A stretch of 61,571 nt of DNA, filler included, from Platydemus manokwari (taxonomy: Eukaryota), in the NCBI GenBank assembly GCA_037951405.1. It is 4 parts of 4 records of this genome, joined end to end, with 100 filler letters (N's around TTAATTAATTAA, not from the genome) between each part and the next. Parts side by side here need not be neighbours in the genome. Positions count along the whole stretch, not along the records: positions 1 to 25,290 come from JBBMOY011878053.1; positions 25,391 to 40,270 come from JBBMOY011380314.1; 2 more parts are not named here. The stretch is one strand, 5' to 3'. Position 1 is the stretch's first letter. Every line of letters starts with the position of its first letter. The translations under genes and the position numbers were made by a program. Below, in pieces: positions 13,601 through 26,699 of the stretch. The notes under the pieces are model-generated. The model did no database searches. It saw nothing but the letters and a program-made list of their open reading frames with translations, and was not told the origin of the DNA.

Positions 13601-16600
13601 TTTGTCTCATTTGGAAATGTTATTATATCAAGATATTATTTATTTATTATATGTTAATATTTTAGCTTCGATTATCTCAATTTAAGAATTTTTGATTAAT
13701 TTTCTGTTTTATAATAAATATTATTTCATATAATTTTATCTCGCCGGTGATAAAAGTATTTAAGCGTAAAAAATCGATTGTCAAGATCTTACTTAAATGA
13801 TTGAATTTATCTAACCAACTTCATTTGAATAAAAGTATTTTTTGTTTATTAATCCATTTATACTTAATAAACTCTATAAACAATGTTACAGTCACTGTTC
13901 CATAAGAGAGATTTTTGTTATTACAAATTAATATTGGCTTAAAAGCTACGCGTTAATAAGTATCTTGATTTATTGAAACGTGACGAAATGGTATAATCAA
14001 ATTTTAAAAGAAAATACAGGCAACATGATTTTGAAAATTAGAAATAACTGCAGTAATTATTGCAATAGCGTTTGACATACCTACAAACATAGACTGAAAA
14101 CATGTGAATCGAATGATTAAAAGATATTCGAATAAATATCTTATTAAACTAATTTGTGAAAAGAATAATATTCGTAATCGCAGAGTTTCTCAAAATGAAA
14201 AATTAAAGTAAGAGTTCAGTTTGACGAAAAAATTTCTATAATTCATATTTTCTATTATTTTAATATAATTTAAGAAATGAGTATTTGGAATAAAATTTGT
14301 TACATTCATTATATAAATCAGATTTCATTATTTTCATATGATTATTATGTAATTTTAGTTATATATTTATTGTTTAATACATTGTTTAACAATACAGTTG
14401 AACTCGGTTAAAATCAATACTCAATAGCACACTAATCGAAAATCAATTTACTGTTATTATTCACTAAAAATGTTTCATTTTAATTAAACATCTCTTGTTT
14501 GTCTAAGTGTGACTAATGACAAAAACCACTGATAGTAACACAGGAATCTTAGATTTCTTTTCGGCTGTATTTAGTTCTTAACTAATTTTTGTCGATTTTT
14601 AATAAATTTTTATTAGTTCTTTTATTCTGGAACGGAGGACGTGATATTAAACGAGTTCGACTGTACTAACAAGTTAGCTTTATCTATATTTTCTGCTTAT
14701 GCAATCGACTGTGAATAATAAATAAAAGTTACGTTTTATAAATTATTCAAAGTTATTTTTACAAAACATTGGAATACTTATTTTTTTTAGTTAAATGCAG
14801 AAAATCGCGAAAAAACTGCTGTTATTAAAAAGTTGGAAGCTGAAAAAGAGGTTCTTTTAAATCAACTTCAATACATAAACCAAGCTGTGACAAATACTGT
14901 GAAATCTACCCAAGAATCATTAAATAGGTGAGGCTTTTCGTGATTTTAAAATGAATTTATCGGAAATGGTGAAATAAAGCTGCAATTATCAGCTTAGAAA
15001 ATAAAACGCTGAAGGATGATAGAAATTCATTTAGATTCTTAGGCCAAAGTTTTAATGCATGTTATAAAATAATTTAATTTTTTTGCGGTTGCTAAATTTT
15101 CTTAATATCCAATGAAGGATACTGTTATCTCTAAGATAATTGAGAGTAATATTTGAGAGTACTGAAGAAGTGCAGTATGTACGACCTTAGAGTTTCATTT
15201 TTTTATTGTATGGCTAGATAAGGTTCTTATTATTTTTCTGAATTTATTAATTCTTTGCTCATAGACTCCTTGATGAAATTATGAAATTCGCTGGAATAAC
15301 TTATCATCTGGTTCAAATTTTATTTTTATAGGGGTTTCATTTTAGAATAAAAATTTATTTGTATAAAGTAAAAATTAATTTATTTGTTGATTGACTTAAG
15401 TAGAACTTTTTCAATATATTGAATGAAGCTTTAGTTTCCTCAAATTTACTGAGCACAAAGTTTCTTCATATTAAAATTAAAACCGAAGTTTAATTTTGAT
15501 GTAATAAATAAAATTAATTATTAACTATTTTTAATAGTCTTATTTGGAATTTATTTTTTCAAATTAAACCTATTCATTATAATCTTGATAATTTTAGTTT
15601 TTCTGATTTTTAAATGTCATTATTTTATATTCTGTTATTTTAAGTAGATTTCATTTTTATTTGAAGATGAGAAACTTTTACCTCTGATTGTTATTTATAA
15701 TTCTATAAAACTCAAAAAACTAATTGCTAATATTATAATTGTTAATTTGATTTAAAGGCCTTTGTATTAGTGGTGTTATTTTGGAAAACATCTTGAAATT
15801 TCAAAGAAAAATTGATTTAATTTTTTCTTTAAAAAATCGCATTTATTAGTAATCATTTTTGCGATTAATATTTAAATGTCAATTTTAGAATGTCTGATTT
15901 CAAATTTAATAAAAAGTAAGAGGTAAATTATCACATTTCTGCATTTCCAATCGATTTATTTTTGCCTGAATTCCAAATAGTTAAATTCTTTTTCAATTGG
16001 ATAAGAATGATAAAAACGAAATGAAAATCATTTGTTGTCACATTTCGCACAATCAACGATTTAAAACATGAATTTAATTTAAATTGAAAGCGAAACCCAA
16101 CTTTGTAATTTATTGGTTTTAATTCCACTATCAATGTTAATTCACAATTTTACCAATCAACTGGAAAAAAAATGTAAATCGACTACAAATTGGGAGACTG
16201 TTTGACCCCGTTATTTCACTGATTTTGATTTTATTACATTGAAATGGTTCAGAACAACTGGCTTGTTAATGAGATGAAGTTTGTTGTGTGTAAATATCTT
16301 ACAAAATATGTCATCCATTCACCTCATAATTTTTATAAATTATCCTTATTTTTAAAACAAGAAAGTAAAGAAAAATTTTATCGAAATTTTTATATTCAAT
16401 TATTATATTTATCTTAATATTTCAGAACGAATATCAATCATTATCGAGTGAATTCAATTGAAAAAATCAAGGTCAGTCAACCATATAGAATCACCAACAT
16501 TTATTCCAATAATGATGTAAATAATTATCCGAATAGTTATATTATCGATAATCAAAATAAAAAAAGAAAATTAAATGAAACTGAAACAATTAAAAAATTA

Positions 16601-16603
16601 TAG
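7653..16603 (+). CDS. USF: USF-family bHLH-leucine-zipper transcription factor, 8 coding exons
   Basis: Phase-consistent GT-AG exons: 7653-7860, 7917-8170, 8233-8359, 12377-13084, 13190-13285, 13329-13504, 14791-14927, 16426-16603 (TAG). The spliced basic region KRKSSHNEVERRRRDRINTWISEL...SKSHILKAVYDY is USF-type. A zipper-like coiled coil follows in exon 7, and KKRK occurs near the C-terminus. Confidence 0.88.
9003..9713 (+). mobile_element. Internally deleted Ty3/Gypsy LTR-retrotransposon remnant in USF intron 3
   Basis: ~9345-9480 encodes KYNVGEWVLIKRENPNK..RYE.PYQIIEII (integrase GPY/F tail, frameshifted). Polypurine tract AAAAGAGAGGGGA at ~9522-9534 is followed by TG. Direct repeat AATATTGATAATAATTTGGTTTTGA(A/G)CGG at ~9005 and ~9685. 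Confidence 0.65.
11095..11310. repeat. Tandem duplication, 2 x ~105 bp
   Basis: The block TTTTATTATCTAATAATCATCAATGGCTAA...TCAATTTCATAAGGTT..TCTTTCATTTTCTTTTT..TTTTTCGAGATTTTTT occurs twice head-to-tail. Confidence 0.9.
14395..14663. mobile_element. 269-bp pogo/Tigger-like MITE in USF intron 6
   Basis: TIRs CAGTTGAACTCGGTTAAAATCA and the reverse complement of the right end, CAGTCGAACTCGTTTAATATCA; flanked by TA on both sides (14393-14394, 14664-14665). Confidence 0.85.
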
Positions 16604-18049
16604 TATATTTTATTGAGCTAATGCATTTATATGTATTACTGAATCCCAGTGTACAAAACAATATTTAAAGTTTTCCTAATTTTTATATTTAGAGTTATAA
16701 TTTAAAATTGTGTTTTAAAATACTATTATAATTGCTGAGTAGTTATTTTTCTAATTTAAATAGTTTTTCAAATTTAATTCTGGGTTTCCATGTCCGTGTT
16801 ATTTGATTTTATATGTAATAGTTGAAAATTATTCGGATATGGTTTTGATTATATAATCAAATGTAATTTTGTATTTTATGCTTTGAAATAAATATTTTTA
16901 TAAAACTTAGATTTGAATTTATCCAATTTTAATATACAGCACATTTATTATATCATTACGTGAACACTTGAAATAATTTACTATAATATTTATTATTAGT
17001 ATCAAATATTGAAACAAGTATTTGGTTGTGACTATATCATCCGACGTGTAGATTGCAGTGGAATCCACATTTTAAAATACCCTAGATTTTATTCTGGTGA
17101 ACTATACTTTTTAGTAATTACTTTTTATAATTAGAAACACTGCGTTAATTTTTGAATTGTTTTTGTAATTATTTTTCATGTTTAAGATTATTTTTGTGTC
17201 ATTTTTTAAAATAATTTATAAGTCTTCATCTTGATCGTACTTTGATATAATTTATGATGAGTCAAAATTTCTAACGGTTTATTATTTCAATAATTTTACA
17301 ATGTTGATAACTCATTTTCACATGAACTGAGCATATAAGCCACATAAAGATAAAACGATTGTATGATAAATGGGTATCATGAATTTCTAAAGTTAATTCT
17401 AAAATAATAGTTCGTAAAAATTCAATAAGATTTCCAACGCACAACACTCGTAAATCAAAATTTCTCAGAAAAATCTGAACTCGAAAGATAAAAACAAGGA
17501 CAGAAATTACCGACATTAAAAGACTGACGATTAGAATAATAACACAAATAATTACGACGACAGATACGGAGTTTACCGATTTCTTTTTATAGTTTTTGTT
17601 GGCTCAGCTTTGCTTTTGGTTAGTTAGACGACCCATTGACAGACTTTCTTCCATATGCTATTGGCATATCTCAATGTTCATTGCTTATTGTTGGTATGGG
17701 CCAATTGACGATCGAATTCTATTTATATCTTGATATTTTGGAGGAATCTTATTGGCTATCTTTTATTTCTATTCTCTTTCACTTCACATAAACAAAAAAT
17801 TCTAATATTTATTAAACACAAATATTGGTCTTCTCGATGCGGTGGGATATCCCTCATATCATTTTTATTTTGTATGATTCAATGGCTTTGTATAGTTTCA
17901 TTCCTTTGAAGGCAGAAGAATTTTCTTCACATCCTAGTTTGACAGCTGTCCCAAATTTTTGGTCCAAGGCAATGATTATTTTGATTTTCTAGTTTTCTTT
18001 TACGCCAAGGTGAATAGACTCCCACGAAAGACTCATTTGGCTTCAGACT

Positions 18050-18650
18050 CCTTTGACTTTATCGAAAAATTGAAATAACAAACACATAAGTCGAGATCTT
18101 TTTAATAAGTTGATGTAGACAGGACGTCATTGATACTGATAACAAAATTTTTCAAAGTCGAGTAAGAATGTAGTTAACCCAGTAAATGCTGTAATAGATA
18201 ATAAAGGGATTGATTTGATCAATAGACCATAATAATAAACGCAATCCTGGGGAGCTTTTTCAAAAGTAGATATTGAGTAAATAATTGACAATGAAGTCGG
18301 TTTGAGAGTCTCTCAGATGATCAAAACTGACGAAGGGATAGTTACAAGAGATGCTTTGATCGATTATAAAAAGTTAAAAGAAATCTCAAAGCTTCTTAGA
18401 CAATGCTAGGATATCTTGGATATCATGAGAAGTTTCCAAATCAAATCAGAGCAGAGGTGGACGATATACTAAGTACACCCTTGGCAACTCTTAATAAGAA
18501 ATATTTGAGAGGTATGCAATGTCGGAAATGCCTATAAGAGGTGGAATCCCAAACATACGTATTTAAAAAATGTGAACCATCTCATTCATTCATACTACAT
18601 AGACATGACAAGATACGAGACACATATATACAAGGATACAAATTACATAG
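18050..18650 (+). mobile_element. RLE-type non-LTR retrotransposon C-terminal remnant (zinc knuckle)
   Basis: ~18517-18620 reads QCRKCL*EVESQTYVFKKC...HRHDKI, matching the CR.C...ET..HVL..C...RHD motif that precedes the restriction-like endonuclease. Left boundary approximate. Confidence 0.6.
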
Positions 18651-18949
18651 TACATGTTGAAAAAGAAAGTCAGAATTGTGTCTGAACTCTTGTCGTTTAT
18701 GTGTATAGAAGTATTTGTAAAATCTAATTTTGATTAATTGTGAACAAGTAGTAATTTATAAGCTTATTGTAATCGTCATATAACTGTAGTAATTTATATT
18801 AATAAACTTTTTATCAAGGAAATCGGTTTATGATATTAAATCGGCAAGTGACATTAAGTTTTACAAATCATTTTCTGTAAATATTATGATCATCAAAAAT
18901 CATCTCATCACCTCTTTGGCAAGTTATAGTTAAAGTAGTTAAAGGTTAA

Positions 18950-20150
18950 AATTAATATAAATAATTATAGGTATATCTAGAGCCATCCGTCCCGTCTTCA
19001 TAAGCAGATTGGTGTGATCGAGGCGAAGGAATATAAAAAAAATAAGGTTTAGTGATTACCTGTGGGCCATACGGACTCAGAGAGATGATTAGACTCAGAT
19101 AATGCCAATACAAGTAAAATTCAAACTTTGAAATTAAAATAAATGAAAACGATAGACACCCAAAATCATCATTTATATTCTTTTTTCCCGCAGTATATCT
19201 GTAAATCAACAAATATTCATCATCACCTAAAATTTGACCACAATATGATAAGATGATAACTGTTTCGTTTCAATTTTTCTAAAATGCTTCTTCTAATTCT
19301 CTTTACCTTTGTACACCAATGCTCTTTTAAAAACTACATTTCAACTCCTGATTTTATCCAACTGATCTCAAATCAGGGTAGATTTAAACCTTTCTTCCAC
19401 ATTTTTACACAGAAACATGAAAATATTTCTGAAAGTAGAATCAATAGGTAAACATCGTTCTATATAAGATACTAACAAATATATTAACTCACTTAAATTA
19501 AGAAACATCGATATATTGATACATTTTTCCTTAATAATTTCTACAATTTTCAATATTTCACTAAAATTCAGAGACTCTTCCGTTAAAAATGTACTCGCTT
19601 GCGCTCATTTAAGCAGAATTCCTCCATTATCTATACAATGTTTTTCCATTTTTACAACAATATCGTTTCCTGGCACGATCCCATAAGTCATCATATAATC
19701 ATCATTTTGTAAAAAAAATGTTTTAAAAATGTTAGGAGAGCATCTCCTCCTAAAATCTAACTTTTAATATTTCAAATTCTTGAAAGAGAATTTAACTTTA
19801 CTTTAATCAAATCTCCTAAATAAGTTACTACAATATCAAAATCGAGTCCTTTATAAGTCACTACTATAAAATATATTATCTTCATAAATCTTGAATTAAT
19901 AGCTCTACTCCTAAAGAGCTTCAACGACATAGCTGATATGTTTCATTTCCTTTTCCACATTAATTTAAAAGTTTATGGTTATCCGTCACTGTATTCAAAA
20001 CTATTCTTGAAATTTCTTCAAAAAGAGTCATACAAATCTCCTGTATTATTTTACAACTCTTCCACTTTTTAATACTTTTGTCATCATAAATATTCTCACA
20101 ACTACTACGGCTATCTTCATTTTTCCATATCAACAATTTATTTAGTTCAA
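18950..20150 (-). mobile_element. Very degenerate LINE-like RT remnant
   Basis: Fragments KKWKSCKII (cf. P.eWk...i) and GDAL/SPNIF (cf. QGD.LSP.LF) occur in the expected order amid many stops. Confidence 0.35.
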
Positions 20151-20399
20151 TCATTAGATTCCACTTTGTAGTCTTTCGGAAGATGGCCAGTTTAACTGAA
20201 TGTGAAGCATGATATGTTGTCCTGAACTGATGAATCCATTCCTTAGATAATTGGGGAAATAAAGCTGCTACGAGATTTCCGAAAATTCTTGCTAACAAAT
20301 GCGAATTTGCACTGGCTGGCATTATGCATGATTCGGCATATGTTAAGGATAGGTGTGGAATTCATTTCCACTATCACAGCCTTCTTTATTAGCTCATCG

Positions 20400-21056
20400 T
20401 AATCGACGAGCCTGATGTGGTGATGATCACCATTTAAAATTTAATCCTCAACCACTTTTTGGGTTTGTGCTGATTACTTTTCTTTCGGCTAGAATATTTT
20501 TTCTGCAAGAGTTAATGAGTGCTACGCAAAATCTCTCACTGTTTGACAGGCTTTCTGAGACCTAGAGCGGAAATTTTGACGAATAATGCGGACGACGTCT
20601 CCGCTAATTAATTTCTCTGATAGCGAATTTTTCATAACCGTCTAGTGAATGATATTTCTTGGGTCTATTTGTTTGTAGGCTTCTCTTGCTGCACCTTTAA
20701 AGTAGAGGGTCAGTCTCTGAATCATTATTCTTTAGGTCTATCCTTATGCAGAGGCATACATGAAATAATTCATCACGAAGTCCACAAAATCTACTGGATC
20801 TATTCCGCACTGGTCGATTGGCAGTTTCTGGTAGCTCTCAAAGTTTGCTTGGGGAATTGTTCTGATATGAGGTCGGACTTTCTTTGGACATGAATGATTT
20901 CGATTGTCTGGATCTTGGTTTGCTGAATTAATATAAACTTTTTTTCAATTCCGGGCACACCAAATAATTGTAGATACTAATTCTGAATACCAAAAAAATA
21001 TTATTTCTATAACACGTATTTATCAGTATGAATGTAAATCTCAGTACAATATCACA
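20400..21056 (-). mobile_element. LTR-retrotransposon 5' remnant (short LTR, PBS-like site, gag)
   Basis: Minus strand: TGTGATA...CTACA (21056-~20969), then TGGTGTGCCCGG (PBS-like), then a decayed gag-like frame QRLTLYFKGAAREAYKQI...FRSRSQKACQTVRDFA. Confidence 0.65.
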
Positions 21057-21559
21057 GAAAACGCAACCAAAACTTGGCTTTCAACTGGCACTTTGCCATA
21101 TTTACTTAGGAATTCATGTTCGAAATCTTTATGTAATTTTTTGTATAAAGTTTATATAATATTTTGATTAGATCTTTAATTTCTCAAGTTTCGTTAAGTA
21201 TGAGTCTTATTGATTTTATTGTTTTATTAAGCTTAATTCTATTTGATATCACCATTGCCTTAACCAGTTATATGAGCTCTTGATTAAAGCCATGGATGTA
21301 ATCTACCTTATTTTGTTGGATCTTCACTTCGCAAAACCTTATTGTGTGAAGGCAATAAGTGTGGCAATAATGATATATTTTAACTATCGGTCTTTAACTT
21401 ATATTACCTATTTAAACTGTTAATTATTATACCAATGAAAATGAATGTAAAAACGTCATAAGAACATTCATGCATAATGTATATTTGAAAAAAACTACAC
21501 TACAGCATCAATCGATTATTTAAACAAACACCACGTGTTTATTTATTAAATCACGTTAC

Positions 21560-22540
21560 TTGCCTCCTCTTAATGCCCGCTCCACCGTTTCAGCTACTTT
21601 AATCGTCTGGATTTTATCGCATGATCAAATTGAATCTCCACTTGTCGGTCTGACTTGAATCCAGTAATTCGATAGGGGCCTTCGTACTGGTATCCATTTT
21701 TCTTCCTCTTATGGGGATCTACGTGAACAAGCACATTCTCTCCCACCTGAAAAGCTCGATGTGTTCTTTTTCCCCTGTCTATGTTAGACATTATTTCGGC
21801 AGCTACTTTAGAATTTTCTCTAGCTGCTGCTGCAATATCATCTCGAGTTTGGTTCTTGTGACTCAAATCTGTATGAACATTGATCTTCCGCCCGTAGATT
21901 ATCTCTAATGCCTAGAACTTCGTTGTTGATTGATGTGTTGCGTTTATGCAGAACTCTATCCTTAGCAACAATTCAGCCCAATTTTATTCATGACTGTTAC
22001 CCTTTAAAGTAGTTGTTATCATATTTCGTACCGCCCTGTTCGATTTTGAACACGCTTCTCTCATAAATTTGGTTCCAAATTGTTTCCCGTTATCAGATAG
22101 AATGCTCTTTGGCTTTTCAAAACGATTAATTCACTAATTCAAAATGACCTGGAAGATTGTTTTTTCGTCTTGCTTAAATGTAGCGGTTAGGCTCACTAGC
22201 TTGCTGAATCTGTCAATAATGACTATTAGGTACTTCTTGTTACTATGCATTGCCATTTTGTGCAATGTCCATCACGATTTGCTCTTGAAACTGAGAGCCT
22301 AACTGAGAGCTCAGAAACGTCTTTTAATCCATTTGATCTTGTTCTCTTGCTGATGATACCTTTCACTATTGAATCTTGTTTCTATCCGCAATTAATCACC
22401 GCCTCAACCAATCTGTGAACTCTGATTTCGAAAGTCGCAAACCGTTCGCTCTCCGATTGTTGAACATTTACCAGTTCCACAATCATATCTATTATAGAGA
22501 ATACGAGCATTGTTGCGTTCTATGACCGGTAGACCCAACA
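21560..22540 (-). mobile_element. Ty3/Gypsy remnant: gag fragment plus integrase and PPT
   Basis: VQQSESERFATFEIRV (gag QxxxE); KKYLIVIIDRFSKLV...KPKSILSDNGKQF (integrase core); ORF 21594..21866 FQVGENVLV...YEGPYRI (GPY/F); polypurine tract AGAGGAGG at ~21563-21570. Confidence 0.85.
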
Positions 22541-23859
22541 TATATGTTAATTTAATTTTCAAAACCTTTAAGTTTTAAATATTTTTTCTGATTATTTTTT
22601 CCATTAATAGAAAGTTGATAGATTGAAACTTAAAAGAGTAAGTTAATGGGTTTTTATAAAATTGCTTCCCTGTGTCTTCGGTAGTTATTTTTCTATATTT
22701 TGCGGCTTATTAAGACTAATACGGTCAAATTTTCAAAGCTTTTAATTTTATTTGTAGTTCTTGTCCTATTATTTTTTTGTTTCTTCACTGAGGGCATTAT
22801 GTGTACTTTATCTATCATATTTAATTTAAAGACCATGTAGAAAAGAGGATTTATTTCCTAAAACTACTATTTAATTTTAGCTCTTCTATATATTTTGGAG
22901 CGAAATATAAAATCTACTTCATAGGTCACTAACTTCGCTTATGTGAGATAGAAATTTCTGGGTGGTTTTACTGGTCTACATTGAATTCAAGAAAAATGAT
23001 GTTTTTTGATAGCATGTGTAATACAGGCTGCCTAACTGCACAATTGAAAATTCGAGAATTAACACAAATAGTCCTTAGGATCTAAAACCATGCATATGTA
23101 TGCCTCTTAAAGTAACTGATTAATGGTAATGAATGTGGGAAGATCTCCTGTGCTTATTTTGGAACGCCATGAGACTGTTTGGAATTCTGTATCTTTCACC
23201 AGGATTGACTATTATATTTAAAACGAAAAGAATTTTAGTCAGCTATTTGACAAAAGATATCTATGTGGTTTTTAAAAGTTCTTTCAAAACCAAATTAAAC
23301 TTTTAAAGTTTCGAATAATACATACTAACTGTCAATTTTAAAATTTGAGAAACCAAATGAATAATTATCTTTGTAAGTACTTTATTAATTCCCAAGCTAT
23401 CGATAATTATAGGTTTTATAATAGTTTTTTACAATAGGTTTCGATTTAATTGAGAAATAATTTAAATAAAAATCAAATATTGAGAATTAATTTTAATCTT
23501 GGTTAAATTGGGTTGCATAAACCTGAAATTCATTTAATTTCATTAAGAAAGCCTATTTTAGAATTTTTATAGTTCCATTAGTACTCAGACTTAAATAATT
23601 CTAAATAACTATCCATTTTTTCTCTGAGCAACGTGACCTTGGCAAATATTGTTTAAATATATAAATTTCGTTAGTTAAGTGTTAAATTTGTAAATATAAA
23701 AATGTTATTTTTTAAAATTTAAACTAATTATTTTAAAGTAATTACTCTAATTACCGAATTATCAAGTAATTAATTATGCACTCTTTAGGATTTAATTTTG
23801 CTCTTTATATTTTAGATTGAACTTGTGCTTATTTCAAATAATTTTCTTGCTCTTCTTGA

Positions 23860-24981
23860 ATGTTCAGTAATCGATTTTGGCCAAGAAGAAAACTTTCATC
23901 AGACAAAAAAAAAACTTCAGTCAAAAACAATGAAAATTTTGATGAATATAATTTACAGTTGAAAAGAAATAAAAAGTCCAAAATATTTGAAAAGAATTCA
24001 AATTTATTTTCTAAAATTCGTACTTCATTTGTCAAAGCCAAATCTTTCGATCAAAGTCAGTCTTCCACCAAAAAAGAAACATCAATTTCTAAAATTTCCG
24101 ACGAAATTCTCAATTCACGAGCACCATTAAAATCTCATAAAGGCAGTAAATTATCATTCCGTAAAATTTTTGCTTCTCGAAGATCGAAATCTATGAGCAT
24201 TTCATCGGCATTGGATATTAATATTAAAGATTCGAAAGAGATTGGAAATTTGAGTAGTTCTAGTCGTTTTTCTAGTTTAACAACTCCTGAAAATGATTCA
24301 AAATTAAATTCATCAGTTGTTCCAAGGAATAACAGCAAGATTAGCCAGAATTCTTCTATTTCATATTATGGAATCGTTAATCATGGCAACACGTGCTATA
24401 TTAATTCAATTTTACAATGTTTAAATTCAATTGACTCATTGGCCAAATATTTCGTTCTAAACAAATTCAAAGACGATTTGAGTCAGCTGAATCGAATTGC
24501 AAATTCCGAATTAAATCTTAAACGAAAGGAATCCATTTCATTGCTTTTTAGTTTTGCTTTATTTCTCAAAAGTCTTTGGATGTCAAATTTGAAATGTGAA
24601 GCAATATCCAATGATTTTAAATTGAAATTGGCAACCACTGACAAAAATTTCCATAGCAACGACCAACAGGATGCTCAAGAGTTCTTGTTGTTTCTGTTGA
24701 ATTATTGCCACGAATCATTGAAAATGCCTTGTGACGTCACCGATAAGAAACCAATCGGAAATAATCGCGATCGTAAATACAATATCAATTATGAAGCTCA
24801 GAAAATTGCTGATCAGAATTGTTCGAAAATCCATAAATTGTTCGCCACCTATCAGCAATTGACGATTACTTGTCCTGGCTGTAATATTCGCCAATATAAA
24901 TTGGAACCGCATTTGTGCCTCAGTCTTCCAGTGCCCGCAAAATCGATGGAACCGCTCTATTATTGTTTCGTTGAAAAAGAT
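23860..24981 (+). CDS. Ubiquitin carboxyl-terminal hydrolase (peptidase C19), USP31/USP43-like; first coding exon only
   Basis: Cys box GIVNHGNTCYINSILQCL, QQDAQEFL motif, CPGC zinc ribbon and CLSLPVP; donor GTGAGT at 24982. His-box exons are not seen, and the contig ends at the 25291 gap. Confidence 0.88.
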
Positions 24982-25189
24982 GTGAGTAGGGATTTTATTT
25001 TTTTGTTATAATTATAAAAAAACTTTTATAAATAAATTAACAAAATATTCATTTAGATTATTTTTTGATAATTTTATGAAATAAATAATTGTTATTATCG
25101 CCATTATTATTATTATTGTTATTATTTCTAATAATAAATATTATTTAAGTAATAAAAATAATTATTTAAATCATAATTATTTGTGTAAT

Positions 25190-25228
25190 TATTATTCATA
25201 TTATTATTATTCATATTATTATTATTCA

Positions 25229-25290
<62 letters not shown>
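25190..25290. repeat. (TTA)n microsatellite abutting assembly gap
   Basis: Direct reading; a similar (TTA)n run follows the gap at 52365. Confidence 0.95.
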
Positions 25291-25390
25291 NNNNNNNNNN
25301 NNNNNNNNNNNNNNNNNNNNNNNNNNNNNNNNNNTTAATTAATTAANNNNNNNNNNNNNNNNNNNNNNNNNNNNNNNNNNNNNNNNNNNN
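25291..25390. other. Artificial contig linker (N44-TTAATTAATTAA-N44)
   Basis: 100-nt spacer with stops in all six frames; identical design at 40271-40370 and 52265-52364. Confidence 0.97.
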
Positions 25391-25556
25391 AATTTTCATG
25401 ATAAATTTTTATTTAAGAAATTAATTTGTAAATATTAAACAATCTACCATGTTTTTTAAATACTTAAATCAGTTTAATTATTGATTATCTGATAGTTTTA
25501 GATCAATATTTAAATATTAATTTAAACATGCAGTAATAAAAATTTCAATTTAGCTA

Positions 25557-25978
25557 GATATTGGAGTTAATTGCTTCCAAATATTTCTCTCTCACTGTGT
25601 TGCTATATAGAATAGTCTAATAACTTTTATTAAACTAGGAAATACTTGACATTGAATCTATTTCTTAGCTATAAGTAATTTGACATGAAACCACAAATGG
25701 AGTCACAGTGGTTAAACTGGCGCGTTGTACATTGAATTGAATGTGGGTTCAAAACCATTGGTGAACAATTTTATGAGTACTGCATATGGAAATTTAACCT
25801 ATTGATATTGTTTATTATATTAAATCACCACAGCTCAGTGGTCAACGCTATTGAATGTGAGATGGAATAATTTTTAATTGAGAAATTTATGGTTCTACTG
25901 TCGAATAAAAAGTAATTAAAACGTGTCTATTGACACACTATTGAAATTATAAGAAGTTCATTCAATAACTCCAACATC
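25557..25978. mobile_element. ~420-bp TIR-bounded non-autonomous element carrying tRNA-like A/B boxes
   Basis: Left end GATATTGGAGTTAATTG; reverse complement of right end GATGTTGGAGTTATTG. Internal TGGAGTCACAGTGG and GGTTCAAAACC boxes. Confidence 0.55.
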
Positions 25979-26699
25979 GATCGTATTAATAATCGCTCTT
26001 ATTATTATCATCTGTCACATAATCTGTTGTAAAAGTGTTGATTCAAATAAACCTATAAAAACAATGAGGAAATTACATGTACCATTATTAATAATATATA
26101 AATTAATAAAATAATTTATAAATTTTATGGATAATAATAAACAATTTAATAATATATAATTAAATTATTAGTAATATCATAAATGAAATCGTAGTTTAAT
26201 TCCTGTTCCAACCTTAATATTTATTATAAAAATTATAATTATTAATAATTATTATATATAATAAATAAATAAATAAATTACTATAAAATCTATAAATAAA
26301 GTTAAAATCTCTCTTACTTAAAATGCCAAAGGTTACTTTTTAAAATGATAAAAACGCAAAATATCCTTGAGCAAAATTATTGACTATCTCTATTTATTTA
26401 TTTGTCACGTATTTAACAAGAGGTGATAAATATATAAATAATTATTTATTAGTAGAAGCATGGAAACATTTTTGATTCAGCTCTATATTTATGTTCGTAT
26501 TTAATTTATGTGTGTAATAACAATACGGAAAAGATATTTCTTGAGAAAAGTTTGTTTAAGCGTATGTAGGACAACCTGTGTTCTGCCAATTTTGATATGA
26601 GCGAAAAATTCGTCAATAAATGTTCGATATTGATCGTCATTATAATCTTAATTATTCAGATTAACTCAAGCATAGAGAAGAAGTCCTTTAGCAATTGAT

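Noticed and set aside
25698-25760. tRNA gene
   Set aside because: A/B boxes are present but there is no convincing acceptor or anticodon stem; treated as a tRNA-derived repeat.
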